DNA of 48,736 nt from Verrucomicrobiota bacterium (GTDB lineage: Bacteria; Verrucomicrobiota; Verrucomicrobiia; Methylacidiphilales; Verrucolacustridaceae), in the NCBI GenBank assembly GCA_009927835.1, contig RFMG01000115.1:1-48736 (forward strand), in the 5' to 3' direction. The notes under the pieces were generated by a model. That model saw nothing but the letters and a program-made list of their open reading frames with translations. It made no database searches and had not been told where the DNA came from. Within the stretch, counting starts at the first letter, position 1; the number at the start of each line of letters is the position of its first letter. Shown in pieces: positions 1-9,249 of this stretch. The position numbers and the translations under genes were made by a program.

Positions 1-557
1 AAATTGCATTTGATCCAGTCCGCCCCCGCCTCCACCGCTTCCCGTAAAAGAGCACCCCGACTATCCACCAAGACGGTGACTCCTTTCTTTTCCAGATCCC
101 GAATCAGTTCCCTCCACCAACCCTTGGGCCACCCGATCGCCGAACTCCCCGCCACCACCCACCAGTCCCCTGGTTTTAAATGTTGCACCCAAAAATCCCG
201 TATTTTTTCCCAGCCGCTTTTCCCGACTTTTAAATCTTTGGCAAAGAAATCGATTCGCTTCGCATCCTTCTCCACCAAAGACCATCCCTGCCTCATGCCA
301 GCCCGAACGGGAATCTGGAGAACTTTGACCCCTTCTTTTTTGGCATGCCCAATCCAGTCCTTTCCCTCCGCCCCGCATTCGCAGATGACGGATATGGCCG
401 GCACTCCCCATCGGGTCAGTTGCCGGGCCACGTTGTGCCCTTTCCCCCCGGCTGATGAAACGATCCTGCTGCTGGGGGCCTCGATCTTGGTCTCGAAAAC
501 CGGATTCGGCGTGTAGCACCAAACCCGCCCGCGGCTCCGTTTCCCGCGGATCGGCAT
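1..557 (-). CDS. PfkB/ribokinase-family sugar-phosphate kinase (1-phosphofructokinase-like), truncated by window edge
   Basis: Not in the ORF track. Manual translation from ATG 557 gives [22 protein letters not shown]...SSAGGKGHNVARQL...VLVDSRGALLREAVEAGADWIKCN, with PfkB motifs GGKGxNVA and DS-G..IKxN. The start overlaps the aldolase stop (TGATG). Confidence 0.85.
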   Translation of the reverse strand, partial: MPIRGKRSRGRVWCYTPNPVFETKIEAPSSRIVSSAGGKGHNVARQLTRWGVPAISVICECGAEGKDWIGHAKKEGVKVLQIPVRAGMRQGWSLVEKDAKRIDFFAKDLKVGKSGWEKIRDFWVQHLKPGDWWVVAGSSAIGWPKGWWRELIRDLEKKGVTVLVDSRGALLREAVEAGADWIKCN

Positions 558-1627
558 CAGGCGATGTCGATCTCCTTGGCGAGATAAACGTCCTGAATGG
601 CATTCAGAATCTCAATACCATCCTTCAGCGGCTTTTGAAACGCCTTGCGGCCGGAGATTAGCCCCATGCCCCCGGCCCGCTTGTTGATCACGGCCGTCTT
701 CACCGCCTCGGCAATGTCGTTCTTGCCGGAAGCCCCGCCGGAGTTGATCAGGCCCGCCCGGCCCGCAAAACAGTTCAAGACCTGGTACCGGCAAAGATCG
801 ATCGGGTGATCCGAGGTCAATTCGGAATAAATTCGGGGATCGGTCTTTCCATAGTCACTGCCCGCCATTTTGAGGGCGAGATACCCGCCATTATTTTCGG
901 GAAGCTTCTGTTTGATGATGTCCGCCTGGATCGTTGTCCCGATGTGATTGGCCTGACCCGTCAAATCGGCCGAAAGGTGATAGTCCTTCTCCTTCGTTTT
1001 GAAGGCCGGATTTCGCAGGTAGCACCAGAGAATCGTGTACATTCCCAGTTCATGCGCGATCGCAAAGGAGCGGGAAATCTCCTCGATCTGGCGGCCCGAT
1101 TCGGGAGAACCGAAGTAAATCGTTGCCCCAACCCCCACCGCCCCCATGTCGAACGCCTGCTTCACGCCGGCAAAAAGTTTTTCATCCGCCACGTTGGGAT
1201 AGGTCAGCAGCTCGTTGTGGTTGATCTTGAGGACGAACGGAATCTGATGGGCATATTTTCTGGCGACCGCACCCAGCACTCCCAAGGTCGATGCGACGGC
1301 ATTGCACCCCCCCTCGATGGCGAGTTTCACAATGTTTTCCGGATCGAAATAGTCAGGATTGGGGGCAAAGGATGCCCCGGCCGAATGCTCGATCCCCTGA
1401 TCCACAGGAAGGATGGAGAGGTAACCCGTCCCGCCCAATCGGCCATGACGGAAGGTGGTCTCAAGATTTCTTAACACGGAGATCGAGCGGTCGCTGTCCC
1501 GCCAGACCCGGCTCACAAAATCGGGCCCGGGAAGATGCAGGCGTGTCTTCGCCACCGTTTTACAGGTATGCCCCAAGAGGCTCTTTGCATCCGATCCCAG
1601 CTCTTTTTCAATTTCTGAAAATTTCAC
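557..1627 (-). CDS. fbaB: Class I fructose-bisphosphate aldolase (DhnA/FbaB type)
   Basis: Motifs [63 protein letters not shown]. Likely GTG start at 1627 ([11 protein letters not shown]). Confidence 0.95.
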   Translation of the reverse strand: MKFSEIEKELGSDAKSLLGHTCKTVAKTRLHLPGPDFVSRVWRDSDRSISVLRNLETTFRHGRLGGTGYLSILPVDQGIEHSAGASFAPNPDYFDPENIVKLAIEGGCNAVASTLGVLGAVARKYAHQIPFVLKINHNELLTYPNVADEKLFAGVKQAFDMGAVGVGATIYFGSPESGRQIEEISRSFAIAHELGMYTILWCYLRNPAFKTKEKDYHLSADLTGQANHIGTTIQADIIKQKLPENNGGYLALKMAGSDYGKTDPRIYSELTSDHPIDLCRYQVLNCFAGRAGLINSGGASGKNDIAEAVKTAVINKRAGGMGLISGRKAFQKPLKDGIEILNAIQDVYLAKEIDIA

Positions 1628-1719
1628 AAACCATAGAATCCCTTTTTTCCGCCTTGGGGTCAATCCCTCGCCCCTTGCCCGCACTTGCCCATACCCCGGA
1701 TTCCCTACATTCTGTTCGG

Positions 1720-1917
1720 ATGGTTCGTTGGCTTTCTTTGGTCATCTTGGGTCTTCTCCTGAACGGCAGCGGCCTCTCTATTCTTGCTTGGGCGGCCTAT
1801 CACAAGTTTTCCGGCAGCGGGGAGTGGTTCTGGTCCGGAACCCTTGCCTTGGCCCTTTGTAACGCAGGCGTCTGCTGCGTGGTGGGGGCAAAAAAGCCCG
1901 GAAACTCCCCTCTCTGA
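1720..1917 (+). CDS. Small two-TM membrane protein (65 aa), unknown function
   Basis: [25 protein letters not shown]...[20 protein letters not shown] has two hydrophobic segments. TACATT box at 1706-1711 lies just upstream. Confidence 0.7.
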   Translation: MVRWLSLVILGLLLNGSGLSILAWAAYHKFSGSGEWFWSGTLALALCNAGVCCVVGAKKPGNSPL

Positions 1918-2798
1918 ATTCCCACCCCCACTCCCATCCGACCCCCGATTACGGCAAGGTCGATCTCGTTCCCTACAATGATTCCGAATACCTCCGCTGG
2001 TCGGAGGGCTTTGCCTTTCGCCGTCGCCGCGAGCGCCAACGGGAGGGCAAGGTCCGGATCGAGCCGGCGGCCCTCTCCGTCATCAGCTTCGCCGCAGAGT
2101 TCGGAGTCCGCTCCATCCTCTCCCGTCACTTTCATCTGGGAGAACGACGCATTCTCCGTTACCAGGACCCGGAACATGGAGATCAACTTCGGGGTCGGCA
2201 CCGTTTCCGGGAGCTGGATGCCGTCGCCTTTTCCGGAGGCAAAGCGACGGCCGTGTTCGAATTCAAACTCAGCGGACTGGGCTCGGCCTCCGCGGTCTCC
2301 CGCGCCGCGAAACAGCTCCGCTCCGCCGCCGAAATGATCCGGCAGGGATACGGCCACACCCCGAAGATTGCCGTCGTGCTCATTCATGCCGGCGAGGGTC
2401 ACCCCGATCTCGGCAAACCCGGAGGTCGGTATGGGGTCCGTCCTGTTCCGCTGGAAAAAGTCCGTCTCGATCACCTGCCCGACCAGCCCATCCCGTGCTT
2501 CGTTTTTTCCATGAAAGAGGCGATCGATGAGGCACGACGTATCGGACACGAGGTGGATCATGAACTGGAGCGCCGGGCCGCCCGCGAGGGCAGGCACGGA
2601 CTCCACTCGGCAAAACCTCGCGGGCTACGCCTGCCGGCACTTCCCATGGGCGAGCTTCTCACCGCCATCGGCTGGATGACCCGCGGGTTGGTTCGGGCCG
2701 TCACCCACGTGACCCGCAAAGTCACGCGCCGACACACCCCGGCTCACCTTACGCCGTACCGCCGACGCCGCAGGGGCGGGAGAGGCAGGCGCCGGTAA
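1914..2798 (+). CDS. PD-(D/E)XK restriction-endonuclease-like fold protein with Arg-rich C-terminal tail, probable CTG start
   Basis: The frame of track ORF 2253..2798 is open back to 1863 and reads RELDAVAFSGGKATAVFEFKLS...RAAKQL (D..ExK..QL signature). CTG at 1914 overlaps the upstream TGA (CTGA). Confidence 0.6.
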   Translation: MNSHPHSHPTPDYGKVDLVPYNDSEYLRWSEGFAFRRRRERQREGKVRIEPAALSVISFAAEFGVRSILSRHFHLGERRILRYQDPEHGDQLRGRHRFRELDAVAFSGGKATAVFEFKLSGLGSASAVSRAAKQLRSAAEMIRQGYGHTPKIAVVLIHAGEGHPDLGKPGGRYGVRPVPLEKVRLDHLPDQPIPCFVFSMKEAIDEARRIGHEVDHELERRAAREGRHGLHSAKPRGLRLPALPMGELLTAIGWMTRGLVRAVTHVTRKVTRRHTPAHLTPYRRRRRGGRGRRR

Positions 2799-2804
2799 AC
2801 TTCC

Positions 2805-3062
2805 TTACCGTGTGTTGACGTTACAGACCGGCAAGCCCTTTCGCTTAAGGGAGTCCGGCTCGGACGTGTTGAGGTCTTCCTGGCTGGTCATCTGGATCTT
2901 TTCTCCGGCCAATGAGACCACGTCCACTTTGGTGACTCCATCCGCATGAGCCGAGCTGGACACCCAAGGCGCAAATGCGTGCCACCAGAGCCCCGCCGCC
3001 ACCAGGGCCAGGAGCAGTTTCGTCATTGGATCGGTTCGAAGGGTCAGGTTTTTTGTTTTCAT
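2805..3062 (-). CDS. Small exported/membrane-anchored hypothetical protein
   Basis: Hydrophobic stretch KLLLALVAAGLWWHAFAPW followed by an SAHA cleavage-like site; fills the gap between genes. Confidence 0.65.
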   Translation of the reverse strand: MKTKNLTLRTDPMTKLLLALVAAGLWWHAFAPWVSSSAHADGVTKVDVVSLAGEKIQMTSQEDLNTSEPDSLKRKGLPVCNVNTR

Positions 3063-3133
3063 TCCCTTGGCTTATCCGATCTCCAGCCAAAATCACGACT
3101 CGATTTGCCACCCCCGACCTCTATCCTCAAGTC

Positions 3134-3544
3134 ATGAACCCGATCCTTCCCCTTGCCCTCCTTACCCTCCTCCTCGTTCCCTGCCTCGCACAGGAGACGA
3201 ACCCCGCGGCGCGTCTGCCGGCCACCCCACCCCCCGCCTCATCCAATGCGCCCGCGGCCGCCCCGTCGGATGAGGAGATCATCGTGGATCAAGGGGTTCA
3301 GATCTGGAAAAAGGGCAAACCGAAGAAAGCGTATCGCACCTTGGGTTTCGACCGACTCGAACGACAAAAGGGATTCTTTGCCGCCCAAAACAAGATCGCC
3401 CGCGGCGTCCTCGCCCGAAAAGGCAACGCCGCCATCATTAACTCGATTCAAAACTCCATCCGGGCCAATTACGACCTCAACACCCAGGTCGAGCAGCTCG
3501 ATGGCATCGACATACGCTACGAAATCATCCTTTTGCAGCCGTAA
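3134..3544 (+). CDS. Secreted hypothetical protein with Pro/Ala linker
   Basis: Signal peptide MNPILPLALLTLLLVPCLA-Q; TATCCT box 6 nt upstream of ATG. Confidence 0.75.
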   Translation: MNPILPLALLTLLLVPCLAQETNPAARLPATPPPASSNAPAAAPSDEEIIVDQGVQIWKKGKPKKAYRTLGFDRLERQKGFFAAQNKIARGVLARKGNAAIINSIQNSIRANYDLNTQVEQLDGIDIRYEIILLQP

Positions 3545-3545
3545 C

Positions 3546-4004
3546 GTGCGGCCGCTTTTCCTCCACCTTCTCCTCGCGGGCATCGTGCTGGCCCCTGCGG
3601 CCCGCTGCCAGGTTGTGCCCGTTCAGGCCAATATCGACGCCCAAGCCCAGCGCCGGATCCAGCAGCAGGCAGAGCTGGCCCGTCGGCAGCGCAGGATTGA
3701 GGACCATCTCCAACGGATCCTTCCCGCACTCGACCCGAAAAATCTATCCGGCCCGCAAGGAAACCGGACCACCAGCAAGGCCTTGGCCGCCCTTTTTTCC
3801 CTTCAAACCGAGGGGATTGCCCCGCGGGAGGCGCTTCGTCAGGCGGCCGACTGCGCCGACCTGCCCGTGCAGACCAGCCGGGCCGCTATGAACTATCTTT
3901 TGAACTGCTGGGATGCGAATCAAAAAAAAATAACCGAATCCATCGCTCAAAATATGCGCTCGGGGGAGCCTGCCCCCTTTTCCATCCCCCCTTACCAGCC
4001 GTGA
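3546..4004 (+). CDS. Secreted hypothetical protein
   Basis: GTG 1 nt after the previous stop; signal peptide VRPLFLHLLLAGIVLAPAARC-Q; stop overlaps the next start. Confidence 0.7.
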   Translation: MRPLFLHLLLAGIVLAPAARCQVVPVQANIDAQAQRRIQQQAELARRQRRIEDHLQRILPALDPKNLSGPQGNRTTSKALAALFSLQTEGIAPREALRQAADCADLPVQTSRAAMNYLLNCWDANQKKITESIAQNMRSGEPAPFSIPPYQP

Positions 4005-4774
4005 GTCCGCACTCCCCTCCTCCCCGGGGATTCCAGCTCTGCTCCCTTCCCACCGGACCCGCCTGGATCCGCCCCGCACTCAGGCAACCCATCCTGACCG
4101 CATGGCAGAAATTGAATCCGAAGATACCCCTTCGTCACGCCGCCCGCCGCCATCCTGAACATCGTCTTTTTCCCGGACGCGCACCTGTAGTTCTTCTGCC
4201 GATCCCCCGTACCAGCGGGGTCATCGTGCGTCCCTGTGTGCATGGAGGTCTTTACGGCCAGTTCACAGGCGACCTGTATCTGAAGGCGCACCGCGCCAGA
4301 CGTGAAATCGAGCGTGCCTCCCTCCTTTCGGAAAGAAAAATCCCCACTCCCCAAATTCAGGCCGCGCTTTTTTATCCCGTCGGTCCCTTCTGGAGGATCG
4401 ATATCGTCACCCCCTATCTCCCCGAGAGCCGTGACCTGGCCTCCTTTCTCTCCACCCGCCCCAAGCCCGAGGCCCGTACCCGGGTTTTTGCTGCCGTCCG
4501 CCGGCTGTTTCAGCTCTGCGCCAGCCAGGGAGTCCTTCATCCCGATATGAATGCCCGCAACATCCTCTTGGCCGGATCTTTCCGGAAAAATCCCCAAGCC
4601 TGGCTCCTCGACGTGGACACAATCGTTTTTGGGACTGCATCCCACGCCCAGGTTGAAAAGGCCAACCGGGACCGCCTTCTCCGGTCTCTGATGAAGCGCG
4701 CCAGGTGCGGGGATCTCGGCTTCTCGGAAAAGGAGATTCCCTCCCTCTGGCGGCAACTCTTCCCCCGATCATGA
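4001..4774 (+). CDS. kdkA: Kdo kinase / lipopolysaccharide kinase (KdkA-like, Kdo/WaaP family)
   Basis: Motifs VRPCVHGGL, RARREI, GVLHPDMNARNILL, AWLLDVD, ANRDRLLRSL match KdkA (RGGL, HADLNAHNIL, LIDFD, NL.RL.RS). Confidence 0.8.
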   Translation: MSPHSPPPRGFQLCSLPTGPAWIRPALRQPILTAWQKLNPKIPLRHAARRHPEHRLFPGRAPVVLLPIPRTSGVIVRPCVHGGLYGQFTGDLYLKAHRARREIERASLLSERKIPTPQIQAALFYPVGPFWRIDIVTPYLPESRDLASFLSTRPKPEARTRVFAAVRRLFQLCASQGVLHPDMNARNILLAGSFRKNPQAWLLDVDTIVFGTASHAQVEKANRDRLLRSLMKRARCGDLGFSEKEIPSLWRQLFPRS

Positions 4775-5805
4775 ACCTTTCCGCGGAATCCCGGATCTGC
4801 ATCGTCCTCCTCAGCGCGGTTGGAGACGTCGTCCATGCCCTTCCCGTCATCAACGCCATCAAACGCCATCGACCCAGGGCCCACATCACGTGGCTCCTGC
4901 AGGAGGCTGGGGCCTCCCTGCTCCAAGGACATCCTGCCGTGGATGAAATTCTGCTCTTGGAACGAAAAGCGGGTCTGGCCGGCTTCGTCAAAATGGCGAT
5001 GGAGCTTGCCGACCGGCCATTCGACGTCGTCCTCGATCTCCAGTGCTACTTCAAAGCCACCCTGCTGACCGCCCTTTGCCGCTCTCCGGTCAAGATCGGT
5101 TTCGACCGTGCACGCGCCCGCGAATTCAACTGGCTGGCAACCAACATGAAACTTTCTCCCCGGCCTCTGGCCCATGTGCAGGATCATTTCCTCGAATTTC
5201 TCGATGTCATCGGGGTCCCAAGGGAACCGGTCGAATGGAACATCGGACCGTGGCCCTCGGAAAAAGAGTGGCAGGCCCACTTCTTCCGCCATCTCCCCGG
5301 CCCACGGGTTGCACTCGTCGCTGGGACCAGCAATCCCCGGAAAGATTGGACACCCGAATCCTGGGTGCGACTGAACGATTCCCTGCAAGGTCAGTTCGGG
5401 CTCCGGACCATCCTCGTGGGCGCCCGTTCGCCCAGGGAAATCGCCCTCGGAGAAAAGATGCTCCAAGAGTGCATTCATCCCCCCAAGGAGGCTCTCGGTT
5501 GCGGCTTGCGAAGACTGGTGTCAATCCTCGACGGATCCGATCTTGTCATCTCGCCTGACACCGGCCCTCTCCACCTCGCCGGTGCCCTAGGAAAACCTGT
5601 CATCGGTCTCTACGGGTACAACAGTCCCGCCCGGGTCGGTCCTTGGCGACAGGATCCCCGACTCCTGATTGATGCCTTCCATGATCCGGGGGAAAGCCCG
5701 CAGATGACCTTCCGGCACCGGCCCGGGAGAATGTCCCGCATCACAGTGGAGGATGTTTTGGCCAAAGTGGAGATCTGGAAAAAAGAATTCTCTCAGAAGC
5801 GGTAG
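4771..5805 (+). CDS. GT9 ADP-heptose:LPS heptosyltransferase (OpsX/WaaC-like)
   Basis: Motifs ICIVLLSAVGDVVHALP, KIGFDRARARE, SPDTGPLHLAGALGKPVIGLYG. ATGA overlap with the kinase. Confidence 0.9.
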   Translation: MNLSAESRICIVLLSAVGDVVHALPVINAIKRHRPRAHITWLLQEAGASLLQGHPAVDEILLLERKAGLAGFVKMAMELADRPFDVVLDLQCYFKATLLTALCRSPVKIGFDRARAREFNWLATNMKLSPRPLAHVQDHFLEFLDVIGVPREPVEWNIGPWPSEKEWQAHFFRHLPGPRVALVAGTSNPRKDWTPESWVRLNDSLQGQFGLRTILVGARSPREIALGEKMLQECIHPPKEALGCGLRRLVSILDGSDLVISPDTGPLHLAGALGKPVIGLYGYNSPARVGPWRQDPRLLIDAFHDPGESPQMTFRHRPGRMSRITVEDVLAKVEIWKKEFSQKR

Positions 5806-7085
5806 TAAATTTCCGTGGCCAGGGTCCACAGAGAGCTGGACGCGGGGGAATAAAGCGTCTCCTCCAGGATGTCCTGGCTGGGATTGGTGGACAAGGTTGT
5901 GCCCGCTCCCCAGGCAAAGCGTCCCTCCCCGCGCCAGACCAGCTCCTCCGTGATGTTCACCGCCAGGGTCAGGGTATAGTCGTAATAATCCCCGCCACTG
6001 AGCCGGGTGCTCTGCGGGAGAACATAGTTGCTCGTGTGGACATACTCCGCTCTTCCCGTGAGCGTCACGGGATCGATCAGTGTCCAGGTGGAATAAAGCC
6101 CCGTGGTCACATAGGTGGTGGGGGCTTCGATCCCGGGGGTTCCCGTTCCGGATCCACCCGTCAGGTTGAACGTCAGGTTCCACCTCCCCTCGGCGAAGGA
6201 GGGCGACCACTGCCCGATCAGATTCCAGGCATAGTAGAAATTCTGGTCCAGGGAGATACGCGCATTGGATCCGTGGGTGCCCCAGGGGGAGATGTAAAAT
6301 CCAGGCTGCAGGGTGGCGTTGCCCCCCGGATTCTGAATTTTGGCATAGGACATGATGCTGGCCTCATCCCCGGTGCCGAGACTGGCGAGGTCGTTGCTTT
6401 CGCCCGAACAGTTGGCGATCCCGGCGGCGATGTCGAACAGCGGATCGGGACTGAAAATGGCCAGGATGCCGATGTTGTCCTGGGGCATAAAGGCGTCGGC
6501 GATGCCAAAGGTGATGCAGGGATTGTCGGGCCGCCAAATGGTCTCATATCCGATGACCGCCTGAAACTTGCCCACCCACATCTCCATCTGGGCATCGGGA
6601 ACCCAGAATTTGGCAAACGCCTCCCCCACATAGAGGGAGCTGCTGTCGGGTCCGTTGGGCGAATTGGCGGTTCCGGCCGCCGCGTAGTAGGTGGCATCCT
6701 CGCCCAGCATGATTCCGGCCTGGAGCCCGGCTTCCAGGGAATTCCCTTTGGTCAGGGGTTTCTCCAGCCGGAGCCACAGGGCGCTTAAATTGAAGTCCCC
6801 CCTGGGGATCGTGTCGGTCGGAAAATCGATCGGGCTGGCGGCGGTTCCGGGTCCGAAATTATAGAGATAAGTCCCATCAACATACCCGGTGAGTTTCAGG
6901 TTCGCCTCTTTGGGCAAAGTGGGCTCGGCAAACTGCTCCTCCCGCACATCCCTCTCGGGAATGACTTGTTCCTCGGGTGGCTCCATTTGCCCCCAGGCCA
7001 GACCCCCGCAGAAAAAAACCAGGACGGCTCCAAGAGTGGACTGGACGGGAACAGCCTTTTTTTCTATCTTCTGCCCATGAAACAT
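5793..7085 (-). CDS. Outer-membrane beta-barrel porin-like protein (start uncertain)
   Basis: Signal-like N-terminus, motifs LTGYVDGTYLYNF and VGKFQAVIGYE, alternating beta-strands, C-terminal YYRF (BAM signature). Confidence 0.75.
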   Translation of the reverse strand: MFHGQKIEKKAVPVQSTLGAVLVFFCGGLAWGQMEPPEEQVIPERDVREEQFAEPTLPKEANLKLTGYVDGTYLYNFGPGTAASPIDFPTDTIPRGDFNLSALWLRLEKPLTKGNSLEAGLQAGIMLGEDATYYAAAGTANSPNGPDSSSLYVGEAFAKFWVPDAQMEMWVGKFQAVIGYETIWRPDNPCITFGIADAFMPQDNIGILAIFSPDPLFDIAAGIANCSGESNDLASLGTGDEASIMSYAKIQNPGGNATLQPGFYISPWGTHGSNARISLDQNFYYAWNLIGQWSPSFAEGRWNLTFNLTGGSGTGTPGIEAPTTYVTTGLYSTWTLIDPVTLTGRAEYVHTSNYVLPQSTRLSGGDYYDYTLTLAVNITEELVWRGEGRFAWGAGTTLSTNPSQDILEETLYSPASSSLWTLATEIYYRF

Positions 7086-7382
7086 GGATGGATTCTTCTA
7101 GCCTTCAGCCTCTTGACCGTCACGCTTCATGCCGAGCCTGCCAATGAGAAACTACGTTTTGAATCGGACACCAACGGCATGTCGAAGGAGGAGGTCAAGA
7201 TGTACATGGGGCGCGACCCGGACCAGGAGATCACCCCTCACCTTTGGCGCTACTCGGGGAACTGGAGTTCGAAGAAATTTGGCGAGGGTATGGATACCTA
7301 CAACACCGTCGATCTCTCCTTTGGCATGCTGACCGACTCCCACAAGTACGGTGTCACCGGTTACTATTGGAGCGTTCAGTAG
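7077..7382 (+). CDS. Small secreted protein with SmpA/BamE-like motif
   Basis: Signal peptide MKHGWILLAFSLLTVTLHA; GMSKEEVKMYMGRDP...LWRY resembles the SmpA/OmlA GM(T/S)xxxVxxxLGxP..W.Y pattern; TATCTT 6 nt upstream. Confidence 0.65.
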   Translation: MKHGWILLAFSLLTVTLHAEPANEKLRFESDTNGMSKEEVKMYMGRDPDQEITPHLWRYSGNWSSKKFGEGMDTYNTVDLSFGMLTDSHKYGVTGYYWSVQ

Positions 7383-7423
7383 TTATTTAGGGAATCGATT
7401 CTTGTCTACTCTTACGCACCCAC

Positions 7424-7669
7424 TCACAGACTCGTAAATTGCTTGGATTCACTCTGTCCGGTCCAGAAAGGGTCTAGCCCCCGCATAAATAGTAACGCCT
7501 TGTTGGATTTTCTTGAAATTACCTGATGAAGTTTTGACATCAGTTCCATTCTGCCAGAATGAAAGACGATTTTGACAAAACTCTCAAACCGCTGGGCCAA
7601 AAACCTCTCGACCAGTCGTGTCTTGCCCCCTTGCCTGGCGCCGCGGAGCACCAGAGGTTTGCGGTGGCC
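7424..7669 (-). pseudogene. N-terminal remnant of an AAA+ ATPase (AAA_14/DUF4143 type)
   Basis: HRKPLVLRGARQGGKTRLVERF...FESFVKI matches the family Walker A (PL.L.GARQVGKT) but the frame then degenerates; only ~80 codons. Confidence 0.65.
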
Positions 7670-7844
7670 TGCGCCTAGGTCCTCGGAGCCCCCTTGACCA
7701 CCCCATGCCGTCTTGCGAGGAGTGGTGGGCGCACTGCGTCAACCTGATCCGCTCCCAGCCGGAGGGAAAAGTCCGCCTTTCCTCCCCCTCCCCTGAAAGG
7801 TTTGTCCTGCGCTAGGGAAGGCCAGGAGAGCTTCTTTTTACCCC

Positions 7845-7872
7845 TTGCAAGGAATCCTTTTTCGGATACATT
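7845..7872 (+). promoter_or_regulatory. sigma70-like promoter of first vapBC with internal inverted repeat
   Basis: TTGCAA-16-TACATT; the spacer contains ATCC-N6-GGAT. Confidence 0.55.
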
Positions 7873-7878
7873 GGAAGC

Positions 7879-8187
7879 ATAAAAACCACGATTGATATTC
7901 CCGAAAAAACCCTCAAGGACGCCTTGAAATTCACCAAGGCCAAGACCAAGCGGGAGGCGGTGGTGTCCGCCTTGGAGGACTTTAATCGTCGCCAGGCGAT
8001 GGCGGAACTGACGAAATACTCCGGCACGTTCACCAGCCTCATGACCAACGACGAGATCGAGGATCTCCAGGCCCGGAAGTACCGCCGCTTCGACCCCAAC
8101 TTCCGCTTCACCAGCCAGGAGGAAAGCCGGCGCTTTGCCCGCCAGCTTAAACGGGAAAGGGAGCGCGGCCAAAAAGCATGCGGCTGA
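7879..8187 (+). CDS. vapB: VapB-type antitoxin (DUF2191-like) beginning at an ATA codon
   Basis: (I/M)KTTIDIPEKTLKDALKFTKAKTKREAVVSALEDF is the typical MKTT.DI..L..A.....TK..AV..AL RHH antitoxin start; overlaps vapC. Confidence 0.8.
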   Translation: MKTTIDIPEKTLKDALKFTKAKTKREAVVSALEDFNRRQAMAELTKYSGTFTSLMTNDEIEDLQARKYRRFDPNFRFTSQEESRRFARQLKRERERGQKACG

Positions 8188-8546
8188 TCGACACCTCCTG
8201 CTGGGTCCACCAACTTAGGAAGAACGGCAACGCCGAGATTCGGCAAAAGGTTGAATCCCTGCTGCGCGCGGGAAAGGCCGGATGGTGTGCGCCGGTCCGC
8301 CTGGAGCTTTGGGCGGGGGTGGGCCGGGATCCGGAGGCGGATGTCCTCCGGTACTACGCCTCCGTTCTCCCGGATTTTCCGGTCGAGCCGGAGGTCTGGA
8401 ATCTTGCGGACACCCTCGCGATCCGGGGTCGCCGCCGGGGCAAATCCGCCCCCTCCATGGACATTCTTATCGCGGCCTGCGCCCGCCATCACCGGGTGGA
8501 GGTGGAGGCGGATGACGAACACTTCAATTGGTTGATGACCGTTTAG
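8178..8546 (+). CDS. vapC: VapC PIN-domain toxin
   Basis: LIDTSCW, VRLELWAG, DILIAACA, ADDEHF: PIN acidic residues present. Confidence 0.9.
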   Translation: MRLIDTSCWVHQLRKNGNAEIRQKVESLLRAGKAGWCAPVRLELWAGVGRDPEADVLRYYASVLPDFPVEPEVWNLADTLAIRGRRRGKSAPSMDILIAACARHHRVEVEADDEHFNWLMTV

Positions 8547-8599
8547 ACCTCCTTGCCCGTCCGCTGGTCCATCGCGGCGCCTCCCCGGTGCAAAACTTT

Positions 8600-8986
8600 C
8601 TACCAGATTCGCTTCAACCCGTATTTTTCAAAGACCGGATCGCTGCTTAAGACCGTGCTGCCCAACCGGCGGGCCTGACAGACCTGGATCCGATCAAAGG
8701 GATCGCGGTGGATTTGCTCCAGGGCCTGGACGGCCGCTGCATCCCCAAGCTCGAGTCCAAGGAAATGAAATCCGTTCCGCTCCACCAGCCGCGGAAGATC
8801 TTTTTCCAGGTCGTAGGCCAGCTTGAGTTTACCGAGCCCCACCTTGATCGCGGCCTCCCACACCGAGGCCAGACTGATCCCGCAGGAAGCGGGTTGTTCC
8901 TCCATCTTCTGCCGCGCGTGGCGACCAAACCCATCCCTCCCCTCAAAAAATCCCACCCATGCGTTCGTGTCCAAAAGATACTTCAC
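8600..8986 (-). CDS. vapC: VapC PIN-domain toxin (Sll0205-like)
   Basis: YLLDTNAW, SLASVWEAAIKVGLGKL, HRDPFDR, LSSDPVF; GTGA overlap with the antitoxin. Confidence 0.92.
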   Translation of the reverse strand: MKYLLDTNAWVGFFEGRDGFGRHARQKMEEQPASCGISLASVWEAAIKVGLGKLKLAYDLEKDLPRLVERNGFHFLGLELGDAAAVQALEQIHRDPFDRIQVCQARRLGSTVLSSDPVFEKYGLKRIW

Positions 8987-9213
8987 ATGTACTCTTTGAA
9001 ATCCTCCAGCGGAGCATCGAAGTCCGGAGCCATGTAGAAATTCGGGCTCTTGGCACAACCAAACTTCGCCTTTTTGGGTTCCTCTGCCGCCGAAAGCTGA
9101 GCGACCCGCTTACCCCGGCGGGTGATGTAAATCTTTTCTCCCTTTTCCACCGCATCCAAAAGCCGGGACAAGTGGGTCTTCGCCTCAAACGCCCCTAGCT
9201 CTTGTATTCTCAT
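8983..9213 (-). CDS. Phd/YefM-family antitoxin
   Basis: AFEAKTHLSRLLDAVEKGEKIYITRRGKRVAQL and C-terminal PDFDAPLEDF. Confidence 0.92.
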   Translation of the reverse strand: MRIQELGAFEAKTHLSRLLDAVEKGEKIYITRRGKRVAQLSAAEEPKKAKFGCAKSPNFYMAPDFDAPLEDFKEYM

Positions 9214-9220
9214 ATCCAAA

Positions 9221-9249
9221 AAACTAGTTTAACTAGTTGTATTTGTCAA
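9221..9249 (-). promoter_or_regulatory. sigma70 promoter with tandem palindromic operator for phd-vapC
   Basis: TTGACA(9249-9244)-17-TAGTTT(9226-9221), overlapped by palindromes AAACTAGTTT (9221-9230) and AACTAGTT (9231-9238). Confidence 0.8.

Noticed and set aside
1800-2606. 268-aa minus-strand ORF
   Set aside because: Shadow of the plus-strand nuclease-like frame.
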